DNA of 34,829 nucleotides, taken from assembly GCA_903930435.1 (NCBI GenBank), contig CAIYYN010000006.1:1-34829 (forward strand). The letters run 5' to 3'. Shown here one piece after another: positions 21,997 to 32,660 of the stretch. The first letter of the stretch is position 1; each line of letters starts with the position of its first letter. This DNA is from an uncultured Hyphomicrobiales bacterium (lineage in GTDB: Bacteria > Pseudomonadota > Alphaproteobacteria > Rhizobiales > Ancalomicrobiaceae). The notes below the pieces were generated by a model. The model had not been told where the DNA came from. It searched no databases and worked only from the letters and a program-made list of their open reading frames with translations. The position numbers and the translations under genes are program-made.

Positions 21997-22863
21997 TCAG
22001 GTCCCGCGACTGCGCGTATGCTTGTCGAGAATCGCACCATAGAGAGACTTGAATGCTTGATAAACGCCTGGACCCGCTGCGACCAGTGCCGGATGTCGCG
22101 GAACCGCGCGATTGTAGGTGAGTGTTGCACCATCAATATCCGTCAGCCGACCGCCAGCCTCTTGCAGGATGAGATCAGCCGCCGCCAGATCCCAGTCATG
22201 CGACCGGGCGAAGGCAAAGGCGGCGTCGGCTGTGCCGTTGGCGACATGGGCAATGCGCAGTGCCAGCGAGGGCACAGGTGATTGCAACGCGATGCCGAGA
22301 CGTTCCGCTTCACTCTCGAGGACGCTGAATTTTCGCGGAGCGGTCAGTCGTGCGCCAGTGATCGTGTCACAGGCGAGGACCGCCATTTGCATCACGCCTC
22401 GCCAGGCACCACGGCCGGCGGCGGCAAGCATCATGTCGTTGACGGCGGGCTGATAGAGCGCGGCAGCGATGGGTCGGTCGCCTTCAACGATGGCGACCGA
22501 AACTGCCCACCGGGGATCGCCGCCGATAAATGCGCGCGTGCCGTCAATCGGATCGACGACGAAGAGCCTGTGACGCTCCAGCCGATCGGGCGTATCGACG
22601 GTTTCTTCCGATAGCCAGCCATAGTCAGGCCGGGCGGCTCGCAACCGGGACTTCAGCAATTGGTCGACGGCAATATCCGCCTCCGTGACCGGACTGTCGC
22701 CGGTTTTGGTCCAGGCTTTCGGCGCGTTGCCAAAGTAGCCGAGCGCAATCTGACCAGCAGCCAGAGTTGCCTCCGCCAGCAGAGCGACCTCAGGTCCGAG
22801 ATCGCGTCCACCGGTGACTGGCGCTCCAATGCCACTATCAGGTCGATCCTCAGCTGCCGGCAA
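21997..22863 (-). CDS. inositol monophosphatase family protein
   Basis: IMPase motifs WLSEET and VVDPIDGTRAF. Start overlaps the pmbA stop region; the true start could be slightly internal. Confidence 0.85.
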   Translation of the reverse strand: MPAAEDRPDSGIGAPVTGGRDLGPEVALLAEATLAAGQIALGYFGNAPKAWTKTGDSPVTEADIAVDQLLKSRLRAARPDYGWLSEETVDTPDRLERHRLFVVDPIDGTRAFIGGDPRWAVSVAIVEGDRPIAAALYQPAVNDMMLAAAGRGAWRGVMQMAVLACDTITGARLTAPRKFSVLESEAERLGIALQSPVPSLALRIAHVANGTADAAFAFARSHDWDLAAADLILQEAGGRLTDIDGATLTYNRAVPRHPALVAAGPGVYQAFKSLYGAILDKHTRSRGT

Positions 22864-24193
22864 TCGTCAATCCCTCAATCAGCACCGTTGGCGCATTGGT
22901 GCCGTAGCGATAAACGAGGTCGTCGGCGGGCACAATCCGTTGAAACATGTCCTTCAGATTGCCCGCTATCGTGATCTCGCTGACGGGATAGGTCAGTTCG
23001 CCATTCTCGATCCAGAAGCCTGAGCAGCCGCGACTGTAATCACCGGTCACGCCATTGACCCCCGATCCGATCATGTCGGTTATGTAGAGCCCGGAATTCA
23101 CGGATTTGATCATGTCCGCACGCGATATGGTTCCGGCATGCAGCGTCAGATTTGTCGACGACGGGTGCGGCGAGCCGACGCCGCGCGATGCGCGCGCATT
23201 GCTCTGAAGCCCCAGTTCCCGTGCTGTCGAGGAATCGAGGAACCAGGTGGTGAGCACACCGTCCTCGATGACATTCAGCACGTCCCCGGTCAGCCCTTCG
23301 CCGTCGAAGGGACGCGAGCCAAGCCCGCGACGTCGCGTCGGATCATCCGAGATCTGGATGCCTCTGGCGAAGACCTGTTGGCCGAGCTTATCCTTCAGAA
23401 ACGAGGTCTTACGGGCAATCGATGCGCCGTTGATCGCGCTGGCCAGATGCCCGACGAGACCCCCTGAGGCCCTCGGATCATAGATGACGGTTGCCGTACC
23501 GCTCGGAACCTTGCGCGGAGCAACCCGGCGTACGGCCCTTTCGCCAGCTTTGCGACCGATCTCGGCAGCTGCGTCCAGATCGGCTGCGTGGATCTTCGAA
23601 CTGGATTCCCAGTCCCGCTCCATGCCCGTGCCTTCGCCTGCGATTGCCGTTGCAGAAATCGAATGCCGCGAGCCGAGATAGGCACCGGAAAACCCGTGCG
23701 ACGTCACCAGAACCAGTCCGCCGACCGACCAAGACGCACCTGCGCCGCCGGAATTGGTCACACCGCTAACTGCGCGCGCCGCGTCTTCCGCTTCCATGGC
23801 CAGCGCAATCAGCCGTTCGCTGCTGACAGGTACGGGATCGAGAAGGTCGAGATCGGCAAAGGCTGTGGCCAGACGGTCGGCGGGTGCCAGACCCGCAAAC
23901 GGGTCTTCAGGCGCAATTTTCGCCATGGCGACGGCGCGTTCGGCGAGTTCGCCCGGATCGTTGAATGCATTGGCAGAGACGCTTGCATGTCGCTTTCCGA
24001 TGAAGACACGCAGACCGAAATCATCGCCCTCGGCACGTTGAGTATCCTCAAGTTTGCCGAGCCGGACCCCCACGGATAGCGACGCCCCGCGCACTGCCAC
24101 GGCGTCAGCTGCATCAGCCCCTGCCTTTAGCGCAGCTCGTACCAAGGCGTCCGCACGATCCCGGGAACTGGTCTGGTCGAGAATATCAGTCAT
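22850..24193 (-). CDS. pmbA: metalloprotease PmbA/TldE
   Basis: 447 aa of the TldE/PmbA family; partner of TldD. ATG start. Confidence 0.9.
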   Translation of the reverse strand: MTDILDQTSSRDRADALVRAALKAGADAADAVAVRGASLSVGVRLGKLEDTQRAEGDDFGLRVFIGKRHASVSANAFNDPGELAERAVAMAKIAPEDPFAGLAPADRLATAFADLDLLDPVPVSSERLIALAMEAEDAARAVSGVTNSGGAGASWSVGGLVLVTSHGFSGAYLGSRHSISATAIAGEGTGMERDWESSSKIHAADLDAAAEIGRKAGERAVRRVAPRKVPSGTATVIYDPRASGGLVGHLASAINGASIARKTSFLKDKLGQQVFARGIQISDDPTRRRGLGSRPFDGEGLTGDVLNVIEDGVLTTWFLDSSTARELGLQSNARASRGVGSPHPSSTNLTLHAGTISRADMIKSVNSGLYITDMIGSGVNGVTGDYSRGCSGFWIENGELTYPVSEITIAGNLKDMFQRIVPADDLVYRYGTNAPTVLIEGLTIAGS

Positions 24194-24462
24194 GCGACCC
24201 CTTCGGCATAGTCGACGCGGCCCGAGGCCGACAACGGAAACGCAAATCAGGTTCCTACCGTTGAACTATGGCACGATTCGGTCGTCTGCAAGATGCTTGG
24301 TCTGGTGAATGTAACGCTTTAGTCATTCTTTTGAAGGGATCCAGTAACTCTAAAAAAATCCAGATTTTCTTAACCAGATACTTTAAGTCGTTGGCGAAAA
24401 TGAACGTGTAACGTGAGGCCAAGTCAGGAAATGGATCAATAAAGATCAGCCTGGAGGCTTTC

Positions 24463-25065
24463 GTGGGACGTCAATCAAATCTTGGCAAGAAGTATATCGA
24501 GCAGGATACAGTTACACCAGATGTAACTGTGCGCATCGATCCTTACGCTCTGCCACAAAGCTATCGGTACAACACTGGTTTGAGTGGAGAGGCTGCTCAG
24601 GCTGCGGTCGTGCTGGATCGCGGTTTGGCGACGATTTGCCGTCGGCTACCCTCCGGGATTCCGATGGCCATGCGGATGCCGATGGACATTTTCGAAGGCG
24701 TGGCAGTGCGCATGGTGCCTGCCACTGACGCTGTCGACGATGTCACCATCGTGCTGGAATTGCTGCATCGTGATCCCATGCTGTCGCTGCCGTTAATGGT
24801 CACAACCTCGATGGATGACGTCGTTGCCGACTGGCGCGCATGGGGGCGTATTCTCTGCCTGCCGCTGCTGATGGTCGAGCCGGATGGCAGCTACAAGCCC
24901 GTTGAAGCGCGCATCGGCTGCGTGTCCGTCAGGTCAGTGCAGCCGCGTCGTCATCGCTCGGTGCTCGCCAAGCGTCGGCCACGGTTTCTCGCCCGTCGTC
25001 GTGTTGGCGATCCGCGTCGCAGCGTCAAGGTCGAAGATCTCCGGGAAATCACAAGCTGGGAATAA
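24463..25065 (+). CDS. conserved hypothetical protein (Arg-rich C-terminus; possibly DUF6101-like)
   Basis: 200-aa ORF with a GTG start preceded by a strong GGAGG SD. No recognisable catalytic motif. C-terminal RRHRSVLAKRRPRFLARRRVGDPRR. Confidence 0.45.
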   Translation: MGRQSNLGKKYIEQDTVTPDVTVRIDPYALPQSYRYNTGLSGEAAQAAVVLDRGLATICRRLPSGIPMAMRMPMDIFEGVAVRMVPATDAVDDVTIVLELLHRDPMLSLPLMVTTSMDDVVADWRAWGRILCLPLLMVEPDGSYKPVEARIGCVSVRSVQPRRHRSVLAKRRPRFLARRRVGDPRRSVKVEDLREITSWE

Positions 25066-26080
25066 GCAACCGTATCAGGCAATCGGCAACCAGACCGACG
25101 AATACGAGCCAGCCGGTTTGCGTGTTTGAGCGGAACAGGTCAAGGCACCGATCGCCATCGTTGATGTCGAGCCGGTGGATCTGCCAGCCCATGTGACCAC
25201 CAGCCGCAACAAGCCCGACATAGGCTACGGCGCCCGTGCCTGCCAGCGCATAAGCGAGGGCCAGCAAGATAAGTGCGCCCGTATAGAACAGGGAAATCGC
25301 CAGTTTCGACTTCTCGCCAAACAGGCGTGCCGTCGAGCGGACGCCAACGAGCACGTCATCTTCCTTGTCCTGATGGGCATAGATCGTGTCATAGCCGATG
25401 GTCCACAGGATCGCCGCGGTGTAGACAAGCAACGCGGGCGCATCGAGACGTCCGAAGGTGACCGCCCAGCCCATCAGGCCGCCCCACGAAAAGGCTAGCC
25501 CGAGCACGAACTGCGGCCAGTCCGAAATCCGTTTCATGAATGGGTAGATCGCAACAACCCCAAGCGAGGCAATTCCAAGCACGATCGAAAACAGATTGAA
25601 CTGGATCAGCACAACAAATCCGACCAGTGCCTGTCCGATCATGAAAAGCTTGGCCTGCCGGACGCTGACCTGCCCCGACGGGATCGGTCGTGACCGCGTC
25701 CGGGCGACGGCAGCGTCGATATCGCGATCGACAATATCGTTGTAGGTACAGCCCGCGCCGCGCATGGCGACCGCGCCGATCAAAAACAAAACGAGATGCC
25801 AAGGATTTGGATAGGCACGATGTGCTGCGTCAGCGGCCAGCGCCGTCGACCACCAGCATGGCCAAAGAAGCAGCCACCAACCGATTGGCCGTTCAAGACG
25901 CATGAGTCGTGCGTAGGGCTTCCAGGCGTCGGGCAAAAACCGGTCGGCCCAATGGCCACGCACGGCATCGGCGACAATCGTCGTATCTGGCTGGTGTATC
26001 GGCATGCCAACAAGGTGGCGCGGCAGGCGAGATGGGTCAAGGGTGTTCCGTCGGGGATTGACTTGACCCTCAGGAGTCAT
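25049..26080 (-). CDS. ubiA: 4-hydroxybenzoate polyprenyltransferase
   Basis: NDIVDRDID aspartate-rich motif and UbiA-family TM topology. The track ORF has a ~76-aa N-terminal extension that would run into the divergent purD. Start chosen at ATG 26080; the ATG at 26005 is an alternative. Confidence 0.8.
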   Translation of the reverse strand: MTPEGQVNPRRNTLDPSRLPRHLVGMPIHQPDTTIVADAVRGHWADRFLPDAWKPYARLMRLERPIGWWLLLWPCWWSTALAADAAHRAYPNPWHLVLFLIGAVAMRGAGCTYNDIVDRDIDAAVARTRSRPIPSGQVSVRQAKLFMIGQALVGFVVLIQFNLFSIVLGIASLGVVAIYPFMKRISDWPQFVLGLAFSWGGLMGWAVTFGRLDAPALLVYTAAILWTIGYDTIYAHQDKEDDVLVGVRSTARLFGEKSKLAISLFYTGALILLALAYALAGTGAVAYVGLVAAGGHMGWQIHRLDINDGDRCLDLFRSNTQTGWLVFVGLVADCLIRLLIPSL

Positions 26081-26139
26081 GCTGCCTAAAAGTGCCCGTA
26101 ACGGACCAGGATCCCGGTTCAGCACATCGGAGCACACCC

Positions 26140-27417
26140 ATGAACGTCCTTTTGATCGGCTCTGGCGGTCGCGAACATGCCCTGGCGCTTGCGCTGTCGC
26201 AGTCGCCGTTGCTGACGACACTCTTTGCTGCGCCCGGTAATCCCGGAATTGCCGAATTGGCGATCTGCGTCGCGCTGGACCCGAGCGACCATGACGCCGT
26301 GATTGCATTCTGCGAGCAGGAATTGATCGAGCTTGTCGTGGTCGGACCGGAAGCGCCGCTGGTTGCCGGGCTCGTTGATGATCTTGAAGCCGCCGGAATT
26401 GCCGCCTTCGGGCCGACCGCCAAGGCTGCGCTGCTTGAGGGGTCCAAGGGCTTCACGAAGGACCTGTGCGCCCGTTACGGAATACCGACCGCTGCCTACG
26501 CAAGGTTTTCCGAGCTCCAGCCAGCATTGGACTATGTCCGGGCACAGGGCGCGCCGATTGTCGTCAAGGCCGATGGGCTTGCAGCCGGCAAAGGCGTCAC
26601 TGTTGCCATGACGCTTGATGAAGCCATTGCGGCCGTTGAAGGCTGCTTTTCTGGTCAGTTCGGCGCTGCCGGGGCAGAGGTGGTCATCGAGGCTTATCTC
26701 GATGGCGAGGAAGCCAGCTTCTTTGCGCTGTCAGATGGCGTCAACGTTCTGGCGCTGACCTCCGCGCAGGATCACAAACGCGTTTACGACGGTGATCAGG
26801 GTCCGAACACCGGAGGCATGGGAGCCTATTCGCCAGCCCCCGTCATGACGCCGGAGATGACTGACCGGGTGATGAACGAGATCATCCGCCCGACGGTGGC
26901 AGGCATGGCCCGCGACGGCATTCCGTTCAAGGGAGTTCTGTTTGCGGGTCTCATGATCACCGCCAAGGGTCCGGAACTCATCGAATATAATGCACGGTTT
27001 GGCGATCCCGAGACACAGGTGCTGATGCTGCGGCTGCAATCCGATATCCTGCGGCTGTTTCTGGCCAGCCGGAACGGTACACTCGATCATGAATCCGTTG
27101 TCTGGTCGGACGATGCCGCGCTGACGGTCGTGATGGCTGCGAATGGCTATCCCGGCGATCACCAGCGGGGCACGGAATTGCGCGGGCTTGAACAGGCGGC
27201 TGATTGTGATGGCGTTACGCTGTTTCACGCTGGAACCAGGCGCGATGGCGCCCGTTTGCTGGCCAATGGCGGACGTGTGCTGAATGTGGCAGCCACAGGC
27301 GCGACCGTTACCGAGGCTCAGGCGCGTGCCTATGCAGGTGTTGCGCAGATTGACTGGCCGCAGGGCTTCTGCCGCACTGATATCGGCTGGCGCGCTGTTG
27401 AGCGGGAACGGCACTAA
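26140..27417 (+). CDS. purD: phosphoribosylamine--glycine ligase
   Basis: [17 protein letters not shown]-terminus and ATP-grasp domain. 425 aa from the internal ATG. Confidence 0.95.
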   Translation: MNVLLIGSGGREHALALALSQSPLLTTLFAAPGNPGIAELAICVALDPSDHDAVIAFCEQELIELVVVGPEAPLVAGLVDDLEAAGIAAFGPTAKAALLEGSKGFTKDLCARYGIPTAAYARFSELQPALDYVRAQGAPIVVKADGLAAGKGVTVAMTLDEAIAAVEGCFSGQFGAAGAEVVIEAYLDGEEASFFALSDGVNVLALTSAQDHKRVYDGDQGPNTGGMGAYSPAPVMTPEMTDRVMNEIIRPTVAGMARDGIPFKGVLFAGLMITAKGPELIEYNARFGDPETQVLMLRLQSDILRLFLASRNGTLDHESVVWSDDAALTVVMAANGYPGDHQRGTELRGLEQAADCDGVTLFHAGTRRDGARLLANGGRVLNVAATGATVTEAQARAYAGVAQIDWPQGFCRTDIGWRAVERERH

Positions 27418-27467
27418 ACTGACTGACCCGGGTCTGAGGCACACTCCAGAACTGAAGGAGCCAAAGC

Positions 27468-28385
27468 ATGAACTTGCCAGATCTTTTCCCCGGGTTCGCT
27501 GAGCGGACGTTCCATCTGCCGGGCGTCGATATCTTCGCCCGCATCGGCGGCGATGAGCAGGCTCCGCCGCTGGTCCTGTTGCATGGTTTTCCGCAGACTC
27601 ATGCCATGTGGGCGGGCATCGCGGGCGAGCTTGCGAAAACGCACCGCGTGATCGTGCCGGACCTGCGTGGCTATGGTTTTTCCGGCGTGGTCGAGCGATC
27701 ACCGGATCATGCGCAAATGTCGAAGCGCGCCATGGCGGGCGATATCGTCGCACTCATGCGTGAACTCGGGTACGAGCGCTTCGCGGTTGCCGGGCATGAC
27801 CGGGGCGGGCGTGTTGCCTATCGGCTGGCCCTCGATAGTCCTGAGTGTGTGACGCGGCTCGCGGTGCTCGATATCGTGCCGACAAGCGCCATGTGGGCCA
27901 GCATGACGGCTGCCTTTGCGATGAAGGTCTATCACTGGCAGTTCCTTGCGCAGCCCTATCCGATGCCGGAGACAGTGATCAGTGGAGCGCCGGTTGGTTA
28001 CCTCGAACACACGCTGGCGAGTTGGACTGCGCGTCGCGATCTCAGTGCCTTTTCAGCCGATGCACTCGAGCATTATCGCGCCGCCTTCTCGCAGGCGGAT
28101 CGCATCTCCGCATCCTGCGAGGACTATCGTGCCGGCTGGTACGTAGATCGGCTCTTGGATGAGGCGGATCAGGCAAATGGTGTCCGCATCCAGTGCCCGA
28201 CGCTGGTTTTATGGGGCAATGCGGGCCTGCCTGCGGACTCCGTTGATGCGGAGTCGACACCCCTCAGCGTCTGGAAGTCCTGGGCGACCAACGTGTCCGG
28301 TCAACCAATCGCGGCCGGGCATTTCATTGTGGAAGAAAACTCGGCGGAGACGCTGGCGGCACTGAAAGTGTTTTTTGCAGACTAG
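27468..28385 (+). CDS. alpha/beta hydrolase, haloacetate dehalogenase/epoxide hydrolase-like subfamily
   Basis: HGFPQTHAMW and a nucleophile elbow with Asp (AVAGHDRGGRVAY), as in fluoroacetate dehalogenase-type enzymes. Confidence 0.75.
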   Translation: MNLPDLFPGFAERTFHLPGVDIFARIGGDEQAPPLVLLHGFPQTHAMWAGIAGELAKTHRVIVPDLRGYGFSGVVERSPDHAQMSKRAMAGDIVALMRELGYERFAVAGHDRGGRVAYRLALDSPECVTRLAVLDIVPTSAMWASMTAAFAMKVYHWQFLAQPYPMPETVISGAPVGYLEHTLASWTARRDLSAFSADALEHYRAAFSQADRISASCEDYRAGWYVDRLLDEADQANGVRIQCPTLVLWGNAGLPADSVDAESTPLSVWKSWATNVSGQPIAAGHFIVEENSAETLAALKVFFAD

Positions 28386-28492
28386 ACACCTTGCCCTTAC
28401 CGCTGCGAACTTGCGACAGTTAGCGGAATGACAGCTTGTCAGCCAGCAGGCAGATCCCCATCTTTACAAGAGTGGCAACGGCGAGGCGATCT

Positions 28493-29383
28493 ATGGCGGA
28501 TCCACGGATTGGGCTGGTACTGGGCGGAGGCGCAGCACGAGGCGTTGCGCACATCGCCATGTTGCACGCGCTCGATGATCTTGGTCTGAAGCCTGCGGCC
28601 ATTGCGGGCACGTCGATGGGTGCGATCATCGGGGCAGGCTATGCGGGTGGGCTGAGTGCGTTGGACATCCGCGACCGGCTAATTTCAGCCTTTGGTACAC
28701 GCAGCACGGTCTTGACCCGTCTTTGGCAGTTGCGGCCACGCTCCTTTGGCGAAATGTTCCGGTCGGAAGGTCTTGGCCTCGGCAAGCTCGATGCCGAACG
28801 CATGATCAGCGCCTTCGTCGATGACGGCATCGCGGCGACGTTTGACGAACTGAAGATTCCCTTCACGGCAGTCGCAACGGATTTTTACGCCGGAACAGAA
28901 GCGCATCTGCGGTCTGGTCCCCTGTTGAAAGCCATCGCGGCATCCAGTGCTCTGCCAGGAATTTTTCGCCCGGTTGTGATCGATGGCAGGGTCATGGTGG
29001 ACGGAGGCATTCTCAACCCCGTTCCGGTGGATGCGCTTTATGCCAACGTTGATCTGTTGATTGCGGTCGACGTCGTCTCTTTTCCCGAACCCAGGGAAGG
29101 ACAGGTCGGGCCAAGCGGCTTCGAAGCCATGCTCGGCTCGGCGCAGTTGATGATGCAGCAGCTGATGATGCCGAAACTCGAGCGTCATCGGCCAGATCTG
29201 CTGATCCGGCCGCCGATCCACGGCTTCCAGGCCGTCGACTTCCTCAAGACCCGCGAAATCATCGAAGCGTGCGACCCCTTCCGCGAGGAGATCAAGCGCA
29301 AGCTTTCCAGGCTGATCGAACACCCGGAACTGCGCGTCATCGCGCCGGAACGTCCACAACTGAAACTGACAAATCAGGGTTGA
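28493..29383 (+). CDS. patatin-like phospholipase family protein
   Basis: GGGAARG oxyanion motif, GTSMG serine lipase motif and a DGG catalytic Asp motif. Start at the internal ATG (MADPRIGLVLGGG). Confidence 0.8.
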   Translation: MADPRIGLVLGGGAARGVAHIAMLHALDDLGLKPAAIAGTSMGAIIGAGYAGGLSALDIRDRLISAFGTRSTVLTRLWQLRPRSFGEMFRSEGLGLGKLDAERMISAFVDDGIAATFDELKIPFTAVATDFYAGTEAHLRSGPLLKAIAASSALPGIFRPVVIDGRVMVDGGILNPVPVDALYANVDLLIAVDVVSFPEPREGQVGPSGFEAMLGSAQLMMQQLMMPKLERHRPDLLIRPPIHGFQAVDFLKTREIIEACDPFREEIKRKLSRLIEHPELRVIAPERPQLKLTNQG

Positions 29384-29426
29384 GAAACGTCTCCTCGGTT
29401 GCAATTCTTGGTGAGAATGCTATGGT

Positions 29427-29465
29427 GGGAGTCACGATGGTGCGCTAACACCACCGTGACCGCTC
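29427..29465. other. second imperfect hairpin (GGAGTCACGATGGTG ... CACCACCGTGACcgCTCC) in the same intergenic region
   Basis: ~11-bp stem with one mismatch plus a 4-bp extension with a 2-nt bulge, read from the sequence. Confidence 0.3.
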
Positions 29466-29567
29466 CTCAGGTGGACGTTTTGACGCTGAAGGTAATCGCT
29501 ACCGACATCCGTCGCCACTGCCACTTCAGAAGCAGCTTCCATGATTTGGACATGGAATGTCTCCCAT

Positions 29568-29597
29568 CCATCAGAGAGCGGAATTGCTCTCTGATGG
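29568..29597. other. strong hairpin (12-bp perfect stem CCATCAGAGAGC/GCTCTCTGATGG, loop GGAATT) in the convergent patatin-tadA intergenic region
   Basis: Perfect inverted repeat ~65 nt past the tadA stop and ~185 nt past the patatin stop. AT-rich flank (gttttaagttttaaa) on the plus-strand side. Confidence 0.4.
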
Positions 29598-29661
29598 ACA
29601 GACGATGTGATTTATGGTTGTAAAAATCAGTTTTAAGTTTTAAATGACTTATTGATCAGTG

Positions 29662-30126
29662 CTATCGCCGTGTCTGGAAAAAATCGGTGAGCAGTTGTGT
29701 TGCCTCGCTCTCGGCCATCCCGGAATAAACCTCGGGCGCATGGTGGCATGTCGGTGACCCGTAGAACCGGACCCCATGTTCGACGGCTCCGCCCTTTTCG
29801 TCGCTGGCTGCAAAATACAACCGCCGAATCCGCGCAAACGAGATGGCCGCAGCACACATGGGGCAGGGCTCCAGCGTGACGTAGAGATCGGCTCCGGGAA
29901 GTCTTTGGCTCTCCACTCCGGCGCATGCCAGTCGTATCGCGAGAACCTCCGCGTGGGCGGTGGGATCGTTCAGTTCAAGGGTTCGGTTGCCAGCCGCAGC
30001 CAGAACGACTCCATCCCGCACCAGGACAGCGCCAATGGGAACTTCGCCGCGCTCCGCTGCTGCGCGGGCCTCGACGAGTGCCAGATCCATGAAATTGTCC
30101 CGTTTGCCGTCAGAATTGGCGTTCAT
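29662..30126 (-). CDS. tadA: tRNA adenosine(34) deaminase
   Basis: HAEVLAI ... PCPMCAAAI zinc-binding deaminase motifs. ~154 aa from ATG 30126. Confidence 0.85.
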   Translation of the reverse strand: MNANSDGKRDNFMDLALVEARAAAERGEVPIGAVLVRDGVVLAAAGNRTLELNDPTAHAEVLAIRLACAGVESQRLPGADLYVTLEPCPMCAAAISFARIRRLYFAASDEKGGAVEHGVRFYGSPTCHHAPEVYSGMAESEATQLLTDFFQTRR

Positions 30127-30187
30127 GGCATGAAAACATCTCGGATGATGGCTCGCACACCCAGGCAACCTCTGTTACTAAGGCGCC

Positions 30188-32125
30188 ATGAGCAAGACCA
30201 AAGAGACCAAATCAGGCGAGCCGGCGACATCGGCATCCCCTTCGAACACCGATCCCGCAGCCCCTTTGAAGCGCAAGCGTGTAGCAGGGGTGGCCAAATT
30301 CGCCAAATCGGCCCCTGATGACGAGATGCAGGGCGAGCGCATTGCCAAGGCGATGGCGCGTGCCGGCCTCTGCTCGCGTCGCGACGCGGAAGCCTGGATT
30401 GCTGAAGGCCGCGTCAGCGTCAACGGCAAGGTGCTGGAGACCCCGGCGTTCACATTAACGGGCAAGGATCGCGTCGTTGTCGATGGGCAACCGATGCCGA
30501 TCAAAGAGCGAACCCGGCTGTTTCTCTACAACAAGCCGCGCGGCCTGGTGACCACGACGAGTGACCCGGAAGGCCGTCCGACGGTCTTCGAGAGCTTACC
30601 GGAGGACATGCCGCGCGTTGTCACCGTCGGGCGGCTCGATATCAACACCGAAGGCCTGCTGCTGCTGACCAATGACGGTGGCCTCGCCCGTGTCCTTGAA
30701 TTGCCAGCGACAGGCTGGCTCCGTCGTTATCGCGTTCGCGCTTTTGGGGAAGTCACCAAGGAGCAGCTGGATTCGCTCAAAGAAGGCGTCACCGTCGAAG
30801 GCATCGCCTATGGTCCGGTCGAGGCCGAGATCGATACGGTCACAGGCTCCAATGTCTGGCTGATGGTCGGTCTGCGCGAAGGCAAGAACCGCGAGGTCAA
30901 GCGCATCCTCCAGCATCTGGGGCTGACCGTGAACCGGCTGATCCGCATCTCGTTCGGTCCGTTCCAACTGGGCGATCTCGATGATGGCGAAGTCCGCGAG
31001 ATCCGGGGCAAGGTGCTGAAGGATCAACTCGGCCAGCGGCTAGTTGATGAATCCGGTGCTGATTTCGATGCGCCGATCATTCACCACATGCAGGGCGGTG
31101 AAGGTGAGGGGGCGAAGCCTGCCCGCGCTGCGAAGCCGGTTTCTGAAAAGCGTCCGTCGGCCCAGTCGCCACGCCAGCGTGCCGCCCGCACACAGATGGA
31201 ATTTCTGGGGACAGGCGACGACGGTTCGCGTCAGGCACGCCTCAACCGCGAGGGTAAGCCATCGGTCGCCGTCAAATACAAGCCACGTGATGAAAGTGGA
31301 TCTGTCCGCCCGCGAGCCCCTCGCTCCGAGGGGTCGGAGGCGCGCGGCTTTGCGCCACGCACGCCATCCCTCAGGGATCGCAAGCCGGTCGAAGGACCAG
31401 ATCGTGCTGAGCAGGCCGAGCGTCCGGTTCGGCCGCCGCGCGTGGATGGTGCCTTCGGGAACAAGCGTCCTGCGCGCAGTTTCGGCGACCGTCCGGATCG
31501 CGGACCGCGTCCTGAGGGATCAAGTGATCAAAAGCGTGGTGGCGGTCGCCCGTTCAGCGACAAGCCACGTGGCGAACGGACTGCGTCTGGTGACAGACCG
31601 GAGCGCGGTCCCCGGCCTGACCGTGAAGGCGGCGAACGTCCGGCACGCAGCTTCGGCGATCGCCCGGCGCGTGGCCCGCGTCCGGATCGCACGGATGGTG
31701 ACCGTCCGATGCGCTCGGAAGGGTTCCGTGACCGGCCTGCAGGCGCTGGATCGCGTCCGCCGCGCGACGGTGGCGATGGTTCGAAGCGGTCGGAAGGTTT
31801 CCGCGACAGGCCGCAGGGCGGCATGGCCGCGCGTGGCCCACGCCGTGAGGGACCGCGTAGCGAAGGTGGTGATGCGGAGACACGCGGTCCACGCGGGTTC
31901 GGGCCGAGAGGCGGCGCGGGCGGTAAGCCGCGCAGTGACAGGCCGCAAGGCGACCGGCCCCAAAGTGACCGGCCCCAGGGTGATCGGCCACGCGGTGACA
32001 GGCCTGCGGGCGGCGTTCGGTCGACGGGTCCGAAATCCGGCGGGATCAAGCCGTCGAGGCCGGGCAATGGTGGCAAGCCATCGGGGCCGCGCAATGGGGG
32101 AAATGGTGCGGATCGTCGGCGGTAA
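30188..32125 (+). CDS. rluB: 23S rRNA pseudouridine synthase (RluB-like) with ~380-aa Arg/Gly/Asp/Pro-rich repetitive C-terminal tail
   Basis: S4 domain ([19 protein letters not shown]) and RsuA/RluB catalytic core ([18 protein letters not shown]). The C-terminal half is low-complexity, with [16 protein letters not shown] repeats. Confidence 0.85.
   Translation: MSKTKETKSGEPATSASPSNTDPAAPLKRKRVAGVAKFAKSAPDDEMQGERIAKAMARAGLCSRRDAEAWIAEGRVSVNGKVLETPAFTLTGKDRVVVDGQPMPIKERTRLFLYNKPRGLVTTTSDPEGRPTVFESLPEDMPRVVTVGRLDINTEGLLLLTNDGGLARVLELPATGWLRRYRVRAFGEVTKEQLDSLKEGVTVEGIAYGPVEAEIDTVTGSNVWLMVGLREGKNREVKRILQHLGLTVNRLIRISFGPFQLGDLDDGEVREIRGKVLKDQLGQRLVDESGADFDAPIIHHMQGGEGEGAKPARAAKPVSEKRPSAQSPRQRAARTQMEFLGTGDDGSRQARLNREGKPSVAVKYKPRDESGSVRPRAPRSEGSEARGFAPRTPSLRDRKPVEGPDRAEQAERPVRPPRVDGAFGNKRPARSFGDRPDRGPRPEGSSDQKRGGGRPFSDKPRGERTASGDRPERGPRPDREGGERPARSFGDRPARGPRPDRTDGDRPMRSEGFRDRPAGAGSRPPRDGGDGSKRSEGFRDRPQGGMAARGPRREGPRSEGGDAETRGPRGFGPRGGAGGKPRSDRPQGDRPQSDRPQGDRPRGDRPAGGVRSTGPKSGGIKPSRPGNGGKPSGPRNGGNGADRRR
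31933..32007 (+). repeat. 5 tandem copies of a 15-nt unit (agtgacaggccgcaa / ggcgaccggccccaa / agtgaccggccccag / ggtgatcggccacgc / ggtgacaggcctgcg) encoding (S/G)DRP(Q/R/A) within the rluB tail
   Basis: Direct inspection of the sequence. Longer imperfect ~50-nt repeats are also present (about 31467..31520 vs 31638..31690; 31711..31740 vs 31789..31820). Confidence 0.7.
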
Positions 32126-32660
32126 ACATCGCGGCGCGGCACTGGCCGGTCCGAAGTCGATGGCGATCCGCCCGACGACCGATCGGCTGCGCGAAAGCCT
32201 GTTCAATATCCTCGTACATGCCTATGAGGACCCGATTACCGATGCCCGTGTGCTCGACCTGTTTTCCGGCACCGGTGCGCTTGGGCTGGAAGCGCTGTCG
32301 CGCGGTGCGCGGTTCTGCCTGTTCGTTGAAGAGGCCATCGAGGCGCGCGGCCTGATCCGCCGCAATGCCGAGACGCTGGGCGCAACCGGTATCACCAAAC
32401 TCTGGCGCCGCGATGCCACCAAGCTCGGTGCCATTGAAAGCCAGGCCCCGTTCAGCCTCGTTTTTGCCGACCCGCCCTACGGCAAGGGGCTCGGCGACAA
32501 GGCACTCGCCAGCGCGCTTGATGGTGGCTGGCTCACTCCCGGCGCACTCTGTGTTCTAGAAGAACGCGCCGACGCCGACGTCACCGTACCCGCCGGGATG
32601 GAAGAGATCGAAGTCCGGGAATTTGGCGAGAGCAAGGTTTGGTTTCTAAGGGTTAGGTAA
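32103..32660 (+). CDS. rsmD: 16S rRNA (guanine966-N2)-methyltransferase
   Basis: 185 aa with the [21 protein letters not shown]-binding motif and FADPPY. Overlaps the rluB 3' end by 23 nt. It is the only genuine part of the 538-aa track ORF 31044..32660. Confidence 0.85.
   Translation: MVRIVGGKHRGAALAGPKSMAIRPTTDRLRESLFNILVHAYEDPITDARVLDLFSGTGALGLEALSRGARFCLFVEEAIEARGLIRRNAETLGATGITKLWRRDATKLGAIESQAPFSLVFADPPYGKGLGDKALASALDGGWLTPGALCVLEERADADVTVPAGMEEIEVREFGESKVWFLRVR

Noticed and set aside
31044-32102. 538-aa track ORF spanning the rluB tail in another frame
   Set aside because: Only its last 558 nt (rsmD, from ATG 32103) show protein-family features. The upstream part is an Arg-rich alternative-frame reading of the GC-rich repetitive rluB tail.
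31520-32206. Minus-strand 145-228-aa ORFs across the rluB tail
   Set aside because: Antisense to the repetitive GC-rich region. Pro/Arg-rich. Artefactual.
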